64,000 nucleotides of DNA from Bacteroidota bacterium. Lineage in GTDB: Bacteria; Bacteroidota; Bacteroidia; Flavobacteriales; Flavobacteriaceae. The stretch is taken from NCBI GenBank assembly GCA_039184365.1, contig JBCDBE010000002.1, forward strand, positions 20,571 through 84,570, written 5' to 3'. Shown here one piece after another: positions 20,705 through 29,022 of this stretch; positions within the stretch are counted from its first letter, which is position 1, and every line of letters starts with the position of its first letter. Both the position numbers and the translations under genes were made by a program. The notes beneath the pieces are model-generated. The model did no database searches, was not told the DNA's origin, and saw nothing but the letters and a program-made list of their open reading frames with translations.

Positions 20705-22006
20705 TTATTTTGCAACTAAGTATTTTGCTACAGCATGATAAGCCGGTAATGAGGTCGGGTCAATTTTTGAATTCTTGGCTTCAGGATGTGATGAAAACCT
20801 GACCAAGACCATTTCGGCCTTTGGATCAATATAAATAGTTTGGCCGTGCACCCCCCTTGCCGCAAAAGCACCATGTTCATTATGGGTATGCCACCACATA
20901 TTTCGGTAGCTCCATCCTTCAAGGGAAGCATACACCGATTTACTAAAAGCCTCTTTGTCGCCCCCATTCCTAATATCTTCGATAAGGGTTTTGGGCAAAA
21001 TTTGTTGGTTATTAAAAAGACCTTCTTGCCTTATCATCTCACCAAACATGGCCATATCCCGTATATTGGCACTAAAACCGCCTCCGGCAAAGGCGATGCC
21101 AGCTCCATCGACTTGAAAGTAGCCATCAAAATGGGTTCCCAAAGGTTGCCAAATTCGCTTGGAAAGCAACTCAGGGACACTTTGATTGGTAACCCTAGAA
21201 ATGATCCACCCCATAACATCCGTATTGATGGTTCTATATCCAAAGATTTTGCCGTGACTCCCTTCTTTTTGAACGGTTCTGAGGTAGTCATAGTAATTTG
21301 TTGGCCCATTATAAGAGGCCGGTTTTGGAAAAGGATTACCCGCCGCAGAGTACGCCCAAATCTCTGCTTTGGGATTAGAATAATCCTCACTGTATTTTAA
21401 CCCAGTGGTCATGTCCAAAATTTGTCGAATTGTTGCATCTCCAAAAGCGGAGCCTTGCAATTCGGGAACATAATACGCTCCTGTTTTGGTTTCGTCCAGT
21501 ACGCCTTCCTCAACCAGTAATCCACCTAAAGTTCCTGTAAACGTTTTGCTAACGGACATTGCGGCATGAAGACCATCAGGGTTTAATTCCCCAAAATACC
21601 TTTCATAGACAATCTTACCTTTATGCACTATCAACAAACCATCGGTGTAGTTTTTTTCCAATGATTCCTTCCATATCATGCTTTTTGGACTTCCGATTGG
21701 TATAAAAGAAATGGTATCAATTGCAGGATCAATACTTGCTTCAAAATGGTAACGGTTGGTGTTGGCCGCTTTTACCTCCGTAGTTGGCATGAATTGTCTT
21801 ATATGGCAAACGCTGTACCGCAGGGCAGGAAATGTGAAAAAGCTACCATCAATAGCCGAGACTACCTTATCCTCTGGTGGAGGAAATCCTTGCATCCAAG
21901 CCATTTTTTTAGGATCTGATTGCTCAGGAGTTAAATAGTCTTGACCCCATACCAAAGTGAAACTCAAAATAAAAAAAAGAAGGGTGTGGAGTCGATTGGT
22001 TTTCAT
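20705..22006 (-). CDS. exported serine hydrolase, beta-lactamase/NylB (6-aminohexanoate-dimer hydrolase) family
   Basis: WMQGFPP N-terminal motif, SVSK catalytic motif, ARGVHGQ. Confidence 0.85.
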   Translation of the reverse strand: MKTNRLHTLLFFILSFTLVWGQDYLTPEQSDPKKMAWMQGFPPPEDKVVSAIDGSFFTFPALRYSVCHIRQFMPTTEVKAANTNRYHFEASIDPAIDTISFIPIGSPKSMIWKESLEKNYTDGLLIVHKGKIVYERYFGELNPDGLHAAMSVSKTFTGTLGGLLVEEGVLDETKTGAYYVPELQGSAFGDATIRQILDMTTGLKYSEDYSNPKAEIWAYSAAGNPFPKPASYNGPTNYYDYLRTVQKEGSHGKIFGYRTINTDVMGWIISRVTNQSVPELLSKRIWQPLGTHFDGYFQVDGAGIAFAGGGFSANIRDMAMFGEMIRQEGLFNNQQILPKTLIEDIRNGGDKEAFSKSVYASLEGWSYRNMWWHTHNEHGAFAARGVHGQTIYIDPKAEMVLVRFSSHPEAKNSKIDPTSLPAYHAVAKYLVAK

Positions 22007-22319
22007 TTTTTTAGCATTTTGTTTAAATTTAATTAAAAAAAATTAAACACTTTTACATCAAAACCATCAGATTCCCTTACAACTCAGTTTGGAAAACTAC
22101 ACTTTCAAAAAAGGAAAAAGAGAAGGTTTCTAGCGTCTAGCCTTAATCAAATTATAGTTCAGGGCAAATGCCAGATTTTCTGCATTTTATACTCCCAAGA
22201 CCAAGTAATTTCTAATATTAAAATTTTCCTGTCATTGCACTCTAAAAACTGGGAATAAAAAAATGACCAACAACACTCTTTTAAAAATCGTGGGATTTTT
22301 ATTGTAGGATTCCAAGAGC

Positions 22320-24149
22320 TTAAGATTTTACTAAAGATTTCAATCTCGGAAGCATAGGTTCATTTTTATTCTGAGAAGATTCCATCTTAGAAAGGATATT
22401 ACTTAATAAAGTAATGGCCAGATTGATATAAGGACCTTTATTGAGCATAACACATTCCGCCTTGAGGGCCGTGGTTGCATCGGTTATTTCTGACCTGGAG
22501 GGCAGCCCATTTTTAGCTAGGTTTTCCAGTACTTGGGTAGCCCAAATTACCGGTATGTGGGCCCCTCCACAGATGGACAAAATCTCTTGTTGTACCCGCC
22601 CTATGTTTTCCCAACCCGTTTCAATGGCCAAATCCCCCCTAGCGATCATGACACCAATATTTTTTGTTTTCATTGCTTCCAATAAAATTGGGGTCAAATT
22701 GTGAAAACCGGTCTGGGTCTCTATTTTCAGGATTATGGCCATACGGTCCAAAGCGTCCAAATCCTCGAGGACTTTATACAGTTCGGTTATGTCCTCCTTT
22801 CGGTTTACAAAGGAGAAATTGACAATATCCGCATGGGCAACTACAAATTCAAGGTCTGTTCTATCCTTAGGCGTCAATCCTGAAAATCCTAGAATCGTAT
22901 CTGGAAAGTTGATTCCCTTTTCCTCCCTAAGTTTTGATCCATTTTCCTTAGCCAGGAAAATGCGCACTTTAACATGTTCATCTTGTATTTCAGTTACCTT
23001 TCCCCCTATTTTACCATCGTCGAAATACACGCGGTCACCAGGCTGTATATAATCAAATACCTCTAACATCTGACAGGAAATCTTGGCCGGATGCAGTAGA
23101 TTTCCTTTTACATCAAATTCAGCCGGAGTACCGGACTGTTGATCCTTCATCAACCAAATTTCATCATCCATTTTGAGCACTATCGCGTTTTCCTTAAAAG
23201 GAACCGTCCCAACGATAAATTCCAAAGGTTCGTTGGAAACGGTGGAAAGGACCAAGTCTGGTTCCACATAAAGGGTCTGCCTACTTTCTACGATGACTTG
23301 TCCCCCATTCTTTGCAACAACCTTTAGTTTTCGATGTTTGGATCTGGCATCGACAAAGCTAAGCAGCATCCCAACACTTAAGCCATCCAAATCCCCGGTT
23401 CGAATGGGAAGGGTGTTAGCAGTAGCTAGGGTATCTGGATTGGATTCCAGTATGATTTGCTTGGGTTCCACCACTCTGCCAAAATCATCCTTTTGTGGTT
23501 TGTACCGTATGACCCTTGGACCTGGAATAATTTTCCCTGTGCGAATCTTTGGTCCTGCAAGGTCCATTGCTATTTTGACCTCCCGCTGTAATTCGTCTGC
23601 GGCCTTTTTGATATTGGAAATTATAGCTGACCAGATTTCCGGAGAATCATGGGCGCAATTGATTCTTGCACAGTCCATTCCCATATCCACCATCTCACGG
23701 ACCATTTCATAGTTATTTGCAGCTTCCCTCGGTTGGGTGACCATAATCCTCACCCTTCTATTCGTGCTGCCTTTACCCAAGAGATCTTTGGTATTCCGAT
23801 TCAACAATTTTCTCCCTTTCTTAATGGACCATTGCTTTTTTAGTACTGCTTGTTCGTTATGTGACACAGCAAGTCCGAGCAAATGCCTTATGGTAAGGAC
23901 ACTGGCTTTAATATGTCCCTCGGCATTAACAAATCGGGTCAATCCTAAATTTTTGAGATGTTTTTGAATTTCCCTTACGTCAAAACTGCGAAAGGAAACA
24001 TAATTCAAAAGATTTTGGGCGCTTTTCTTATAATAGGAATCTATGTCTTCCATCGTTTCCGCATGATGGATCTCATCTTCATTCATTTTGGCCAATATGG
24101 CATCCAATTTCCCTATTATCCTGTGTATGACATCCTCTTTTATTTTCAT
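22320..24149 (-). CDS. pyk: atypical pyruvate kinase
   Basis: ARINCAH, MDLAGPKIRTG, LKIET, MIARGDL, WATQVLE, PSRSEITD and CVMLNKG motifs. Confidence 0.88.
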   Translation of the reverse strand: MKIKEDVIHRIIGKLDAILAKMNEDEIHHAETMEDIDSYYKKSAQNLLNYVSFRSFDVREIQKHLKNLGLTRFVNAEGHIKASVLTIRHLLGLAVSHNEQAVLKKQWSIKKGRKLLNRNTKDLLGKGSTNRRVRIMVTQPREAANNYEMVREMVDMGMDCARINCAHDSPEIWSAIISNIKKAADELQREVKIAMDLAGPKIRTGKIIPGPRVIRYKPQKDDFGRVVEPKQIILESNPDTLATANTLPIRTGDLDGLSVGMLLSFVDARSKHRKLKVVAKNGGQVIVESRQTLYVEPDLVLSTVSNEPLEFIVGTVPFKENAIVLKMDDEIWLMKDQQSGTPAEFDVKGNLLHPAKISCQMLEVFDYIQPGDRVYFDDGKIGGKVTEIQDEHVKVRIFLAKENGSKLREEKGINFPDTILGFSGLTPKDRTDLEFVVAHADIVNFSFVNRKEDITELYKVLEDLDALDRMAIILKIETQTGFHNLTPILLEAMKTKNIGVMIARGDLAIETGWENIGRVQQEILSICGGAHIPVIWATQVLENLAKNGLPSRSEITDATTALKAECVMLNKGPYINLAITLLSNILSKMESSQNKNEPMLPRLKSLVKS

Positions 24150-24316
24150 TGCTTTTCTATAAACATACCTGAAGAAACAGGTTCTTATTTATATTATTTT
24201 TTATATGAGGCAAGAAGATAGACAATCCAAGGAAAATAGGCCTACACTATTTCATGACGTTTCAAAAAATTTAAAGTTAATTTAAAATTGCCTTCAACTG
24301 GTTGGACATCCTAAAA

Positions 24317-24481
24317 TCATGTATTATGTGAAATATATTTTTCGCCTACTACGGCTTTAATGACCACCAAATAGAACCGACCAATCAACCCTATAAAAAT
24401 GGCAGCTTTTTAATCCAAAACTATCACTTGTAAGATACCTCCAAAACCAATGGTCGTTAGCGAAATAAGGCCAATATACAT
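24317..24481 (-). pseudogene. 3' remnant of a potassium-channel-family gene
   Basis: Manual translation MYIGLISLTTIGFGGILQVIVLD*KAAIFIGLIGRFYLVVIKAVVGEKYISHNT* aligns with the C-terminus of the intact channel at 31602-32270. In-frame TAA at 24410-24412. Confidence 0.8.
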
Positions 24482-24504
24482 CGGTCCAACAATTACATCG
24501 GTCC
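24477..24504. repeat. 11-bp direct repeat TACATCGGTCC x2 at the remnant breakpoint
   Basis: Copies at 24477-24487 and 24494-24504. Confidence 0.7.
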
Positions 24505-24577
24505 TTAATCTCATGAATAACTCTGCCGGAGTTACTCAAGGCACAAACGATTCATAAAGAAGCTCATAGCATATGGC

Positions 24578-24700
24578 CAATGGATCGGACGATTTGAATT
24601 AAAATACCCGTTTTCCATACGCAAGACTGCGGAAAACTATGCCAAAGAATTGGTTAAGGCGTTGTTAAAGAATGTATTGCTCCCAACAATTAAAACGTAA
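24578..24700 (+). pseudogene. 3' remnant of a paralog of the 16574-17212 lipoprotein
   Basis: QWIGRFELKYPFSIRKTAENYAKELVKALLK vs intact QWVGNFEIKDPTSLENTVNNYAKNLTKALIK. No ATG upstream in frame before the TAA at 24518-24520. Confidence 0.8.
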
Positions 24701-24707
24701 AACTACT

Positions 24708-25739
24708 TTATGGCGTCTTTGCGGTTTCTTTTTTAAGCAATGGGATCACCTCCTTGCCGATCAATGTTATGGATTGTTTCATCTGCTTATGGGATAACCC
24801 CACATCCATTTGAAAATTAAATCGTGAGATTCCTCCCAGGGATTTACTATGGCGAAGGATTTTTTGTGCCACCTCCTCTGGGTTTCCGATCACAATAGCC
24901 CCCTCATCATCGATCAAATGTTCGAATTGTTCTCGGGTCGGTGGTACCCAACCCCGTTCTTTGTTCATTGATGCAATCACCTCCACGTAACGCGGGAAGA
25001 AATCCGAAATGGCTTCTTCTCTGGAATTGGCCACATAACCAAAGGAATGGATGCCTACTTTTAGTTCTTTGGGATTAAACCCAGCCTGTTCACCGGTCTT
25101 CCGATATAGGTCGATCAGCGGTCGAAAGCGATGCGTTTGTCCTCCTATTATCGCAACCATTAAGGGCAACCCTAAAGTCCCTGCCCTGGCAAAAGAGGAG
25201 GGTGTGCCACCAACGCCCAACCAAATCGGTAACTTCTTTTGTAGCGGTCTGGGATAAATACCTTGTTCTCTCAGTGGAGGACGGAAGATCCCTGACCAGG
25301 AAACAACTTCGTTGTCCCGTATCTTTAAGAGCAACTCTAATTTTTCCGCGAAAATAGCGTCGTAATCATTCAGATTGTACCCAAATAAGGGAAACGAATC
25401 TATAAATGAACCTCGCCCCACGACCATCTCGGCACGTCCTTTTGAGATGAGATCGATAGTAGCAAAATTCTGAAACACGCGCACAGGATCCGAAGTGCTC
25501 AATACCGTAACCGCACTGGTTAGTTTGATCTTTTTTGTTCGGGCAGCTGCTGCAGCCAATAGTGTGGCTGGAGCGGCATCCAAAAATTCTTTTCGGTAAT
25601 GTTCACCAATGCCAAAGGCATGAAGCCCAACCGTATCCGCCAATTCAATACGTTCCAATAGCGCTTCAATGGCGCGCTCGGGCAGAGTACGCCCTTCTGG
25701 TGAAGCTGCAAAACTGTCTATGCCAATTTCCATTATCAT
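24708..25739 (-). CDS. LLM-class (luciferase-like) flavin-dependent oxidoreductase, Atu2307/SP_0267-like
   Basis: EIGIDSF, FGIGEH, SAVTVLSTSDPVRVFQNFAT and GVGGTPSS motifs. Confidence 0.92.
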   Translation of the reverse strand: MIMEIGIDSFAASPEGRTLPERAIEALLERIELADTVGLHAFGIGEHYRKEFLDAAPATLLAAAAARTKKIKLTSAVTVLSTSDPVRVFQNFATIDLISKGRAEMVVGRGSFIDSFPLFGYNLNDYDAIFAEKLELLLKIRDNEVVSWSGIFRPPLREQGIYPRPLQKKLPIWLGVGGTPSSFARAGTLGLPLMVAIIGGQTHRFRPLIDLYRKTGEQAGFNPKELKVGIHSFGYVANSREEAISDFFPRYVEVIASMNKERGWVPPTREQFEHLIDDEGAIVIGNPEEVAQKILRHSKSLGGISRFNFQMDVGLSHKQMKQSITLIGKEVIPLLKKETAKTP

Positions 25740-25741
25740 CC

Positions 25742-26305
25742 TTAGATCGTATCCAAATACCTTTGGAATTGCTTTTTTTGTTCTATAAATGTGGCTTTAT
25801 AGGTCGCCTCAACGATCTTCCCGTCTTTAAAGAAATGATTAAAAGAAGGAAGGTAGAAATCGGCGACTATTTTAGCACCAAAATACGGAAACAATTCCTT
25901 AGATACCTTTAGTACGTTGTTCATTGGTCTTCGGCTCGGACTTGCGGATAAGAGGAACATGGGTTTCCCATTCCAAATATTCATTGCTTTCTCCATTTTT
26001 ATTCTGGAAAGCCAATCCCATAGATTTTTGAAAGCCGAAGTATGCAATCCATTATATTCGGCCACGGAAACAACAATGCCATCACTAGCTTTGATCAATT
26101 CGTAAAAGCGAAGCACATTTTCATGAATTCCGTTTTCCTGCTCAAGATCTTTAGAGTACAGAGGGGGTTCATAATCATTCAAGTCTGCCACAATCACCTC
26201 TGTATTTGTTAACTGATTGGCGGCATATATAGCAAAGGTCTTATTAATGGAGGTACGGCTGTTGCTCGCACCAAAGGCCAAAATTTTGGAAGCAACTGAC
26301 TTCAT
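25742..26305 (-). CDS. NAD(P)H-dependent FMN reductase (flavodoxin-like)
   Basis: GASNSRTSIN phosphate loop and AEYNG...FKNLWDWLSR. Confidence 0.9.
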   Translation of the reverse strand: MKSVASKILAFGASNSRTSINKTFAIYAANQLTNTEVIVADLNDYEPPLYSKDLEQENGIHENVLRFYELIKASDGIVVSVAEYNGLHTSAFKNLWDWLSRIKMEKAMNIWNGKPMFLLSASPSRRPMNNVLKVSKELFPYFGAKIVADFYLPSFNHFFKDGKIVEATYKATFIEQKKQFQRYLDTI

Positions 26306-26340
26306 AGGCTATTCTTTATTAGGATGTTTCTCATTGTGAT

Positions 26341-27153
26341 TCAATTGATCGTAAACAGGACCCGTTCCACCGTTCCTTCTTTGGCATATTTCAGGCTCCC
26401 TATCTCATGGTCAAAAAGACCATTGAGATTATTGCCGGCGAGATCTTCAAGTCTCGTGTTTACCTGCAATAGATAGTCTCCCTTCTCCCAGGGATTTGAA
26501 GGTGTAAACCACCATTCCGTTTCTTGTTTTTCGATGGTAACCGAACCCTTCACGGATTGGTTTTCCGTATCGGTGATAATAAGTCGCTGTTGTACGGAAT
26601 AATAATCCAACATATCTTCAAATTTCACCGTAAAGACTGCTGTACTGTTCGCTTTTGGAACCACCAAGTCCCAGTTGCTTGGGTCCGGGGCTTGAAGATC
26701 GGCTGCGGTTACCTCAATTTTCTTTTCAAAGGGATGTTCCATCTTGTTATGGTTGGCATCCTCCAGATCTGCAATGACCAGCGTATACTTTTTTCGGGAC
26801 TGCAATGCCCGCCCAAATGTTGTATTGGCTTGTAGCCCTGTCTTTACCCGCGCAGGGTCCAGAATCAAGGTAAGTTGCGTTTGTTCATGATTCCAAAGCT
26901 CATGGACATTATTAAAAAAAACGTTCTTAAGTTCCAGGCCTTCTTCGTCCACAAGCTTGATCTTTTCCAGATTCCCAACGGTTTTCATCGGTTGTGAAAA
27001 CTGCACATACATACGAAGGAGATTCTCCGGAAGTAGCTCCGCCGAAGGATAAATGGCTCGCACCGTAGGACCTTCGGCCCTTTGTTCGCATGCCGTGTTC
27101 CACCCTACCATTAAAAACAGCAACAAATACCGAGGAAACGCTTTCACCCTCAT
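26341..27153 (-). CDS. hypothetical lipoprotein with tandem Ig-like (Big_5/SbsA-like) domains
   Basis: Start set at ATG 27153. Possible lipobox NTAC, with IYPSAELLPENLLRMYVQFSQPM, ELWN...LTLILDPARVKTGL and LEDLAGN motifs. Confidence 0.75.
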   Translation of the reverse strand: MRVKAFPRYLLLFLMVGWNTACEQRAEGPTVRAIYPSAELLPENLLRMYVQFSQPMKTVGNLEKIKLVDEEGLELKNVFFNNVHELWNHEQTQLTLILDPARVKTGLQANTTFGRALQSRKKYTLVIADLEDANHNKMEHPFEKKIEVTAADLQAPDPSNWDLVVPKANSTAVFTVKFEDMLDYYSVQQRLIITDTENQSVKGSVTIEKQETEWWFTPSNPWEKGDYLLQVNTRLEDLAGNNLNGLFDHEIGSLKYAKEGTVERVLFTIN

Positions 27154-27169
27154 ATAAATTACACAGCGG

Positions 27170-28486
27170 TTATCTATCCATTTTCTCTGAAACAAGGTTA
27201 GGATATCCTTCCATTTGTTTTGCCATATCATGGTATTGCTTTGTAAAGGCCTGAGATTCGGGATATTGATAATCCGGAAAATCATATTCCGAGATAAAGT
27301 CGCTAAGTCGTAAATAAACCCCGGAAAGTTCTGAGACAAGATCGATATCCCCGGTTTCAATATTTCTACGCAACACCCCAAGCATTTGTGGATTTTGCAC
27401 ATCTATTTGCATCACATTGGCGGTGGGAATTTGTTGTATCCCTTCCAGGCCCGAGGCAAACATTTGCTGTTGACCTGCCATTCCGTTTCCCTTGGATCCA
27501 GCCACCACGGAAGCAAAAGGCACCATGGTCCCTCCCCGATTTTTATGGGTAACCAGTAAATTCTTGGTTAGCGAACCATCCATTTCCTGGGTAGTTACCG
27601 TAAGCATATCGATAGGAGCGTTTCCGTAACCCAGTTCAGCAATCGTTTTTCCTTTGATATCCGCACCGGCCTGTATCTGATCCGTTGGAATGGTAACCAA
27701 AGGGGTGCACGTATAGCTTGCCAATAGCATTGATTCACCATCTACTTCATCAAATAGCATGGTTCGTATTGGGGCACGGGTCTCCGTTTGGGCATGCACC
27801 GCATGGTAGATCTCTATGCTATTAACCGCTTCCTGATCCGTAGTAAACGGATAGGCTATTTTTCGCAAGGTAGAGGCAAATTCGCTATTGGTCAAGCCAG
27901 CCACGTAAATATGGCCGTCATTGTAATCCATATCCGTAATACTTAAGGCTGTAGCCGGTGTCTCTTCCCAAAATACCAACTCCGCGGAAGCTGGATCGCT
28001 AAGCGCAATACTACTGCTATTTTCCTCGGTCACTGCTAAGAATCGAGTCGCATTTGTAACAGGATGCACAATAGCTACTACGGATTTTGCCTCTGGTTGA
28101 TGCCCTAATTTGATGGCAACATAGGCCTCCTGACTTACTGGATGGATTTTCATATCGTTTATAACCACATCCCGGGTTGCGATATCCAATTTTTGTGCTA
28201 GCGTAACATCAAAACCTTCCATATTATACGGAACGGCATCTTCCATTTTCTCGGCGGTCGTTGTGACGGCATGAATCATCCCACCCTTGCTATCCCCTAT
28301 AAACAATATATTCTCGGGGCCAAAGGCTAGAACATTGGCCCCGGAAAGGGTTGCATTTGTCGATAGTGCTGTATTGGCTGTTTTGGTAGTTTCGCCTTCT
28401 GAAATGGCCATATCTGCCCCCTTTTCCTGTTTGCAGGAACTCATAAGTACGGCAAGTAGGCCAAATATTGTAAGTTGTATTTTCAT
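27170..28486 (-). CDS. hypothetical lipoprotein, probable beta-propeller
   Basis: Lipobox MSSC. Blade-like segments LAFGPENILFIGD, INDMKIHPVSQEAYVA and ITDMDYNDGHIYVAG. Start set at ATG 28486. Confidence 0.75.
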   Translation of the reverse strand: MKIQLTIFGLLAVLMSSCKQEKGADMAISEGETTKTANTALSTNATLSGANVLAFGPENILFIGDSKGGMIHAVTTTAEKMEDAVPYNMEGFDVTLAQKLDIATRDVVINDMKIHPVSQEAYVAIKLGHQPEAKSVVAIVHPVTNATRFLAVTEENSSSIALSDPASAELVFWEETPATALSITDMDYNDGHIYVAGLTNSEFASTLRKIAYPFTTDQEAVNSIEIYHAVHAQTETRAPIRTMLFDEVDGESMLLASYTCTPLVTIPTDQIQAGADIKGKTIAELGYGNAPIDMLTVTTQEMDGSLTKNLLVTHKNRGGTMVPFASVVAGSKGNGMAGQQQMFASGLEGIQQIPTANVMQIDVQNPQMLGVLRRNIETGDIDLVSELSGVYLRLSDFISEYDFPDYQYPESQAFTKQYHDMAKQMEGYPNLVSEKMDR

Positions 28487-28510
28487 GATATTCAAGAATT
28501 AAGTGCTGTA

Positions 28511-28972
28511 TTAGTCAATAACAAACGAGGCATTGGATAGCTTTAGCCGAACATTTAACTCTCCCTCGTTGATGTTCCATTTGTACAGCGTATACTTTCG
28601 TACACCGGTCTTATGCATGGGATCTTGATCTGCAATACGTCTCGCTTCTTCAAAAGAATTGGCCCGTATCATGATCGCACCATAACCTCCTGCATCTGAG
28701 GCCCCTTCAATTGTGGTTTGCCCACCCATGATCATGGTGCCCTGGTTTTCTATTTTATGCACAAAATCCATGTGATCTGGTAATATCTTGGCTACTTCTT
28801 CAAAGGACACCACAGGCTCAGTTACATAAAGATACACTTCTTTATTCATACCCGTATTCAACTTTTCAGCCTCGGCTAAAGTCTCGTCCTGCGCTTGTAG
28901 TGCAAGCATTGCCATCCCCATCATCAGGAATAAAATCGTTGTACGTTTTTTAAACTTTCTTGCAGTTTTCAT
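28511..28972 (-). CDS. YciI-family protein with signal peptide
   Basis: LPDHMDF His, GAIMIRANSFEEARRIADQDPMH motif and N-terminal Sec signal LQA-Q. Confidence 0.85.
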   Translation of the reverse strand: MKTARKFKKRTTILFLMMGMAMLALQAQDETLAEAEKLNTGMNKEVYLYVTEPVVSFEEVAKILPDHMDFVHKIENQGTMIMGGQTTIEGASDAGGYGAIMIRANSFEEARRIADQDPMHKTGVRKYTLYKWNINEGELNVRLKLSNASFVID

Positions 28973-29022
28973 AATCGATTTGTTTTAGAGATTAAAATTT
29001 TATTTTGGCATTCTATTGGATA

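Noticed and set aside
24357-24539. 60-aa Trp/Cys-rich ORF in the track
   Set aside because: It is an off-frame reading of the K+ channel remnant, which aligns in a different frame.
27154-27402. N-terminal extension of the Ig-like ORF (353 aa)
   Set aside because: It overlaps the upstream lipoprotein gene in another frame. The signal peptide begins at ATG 27153.
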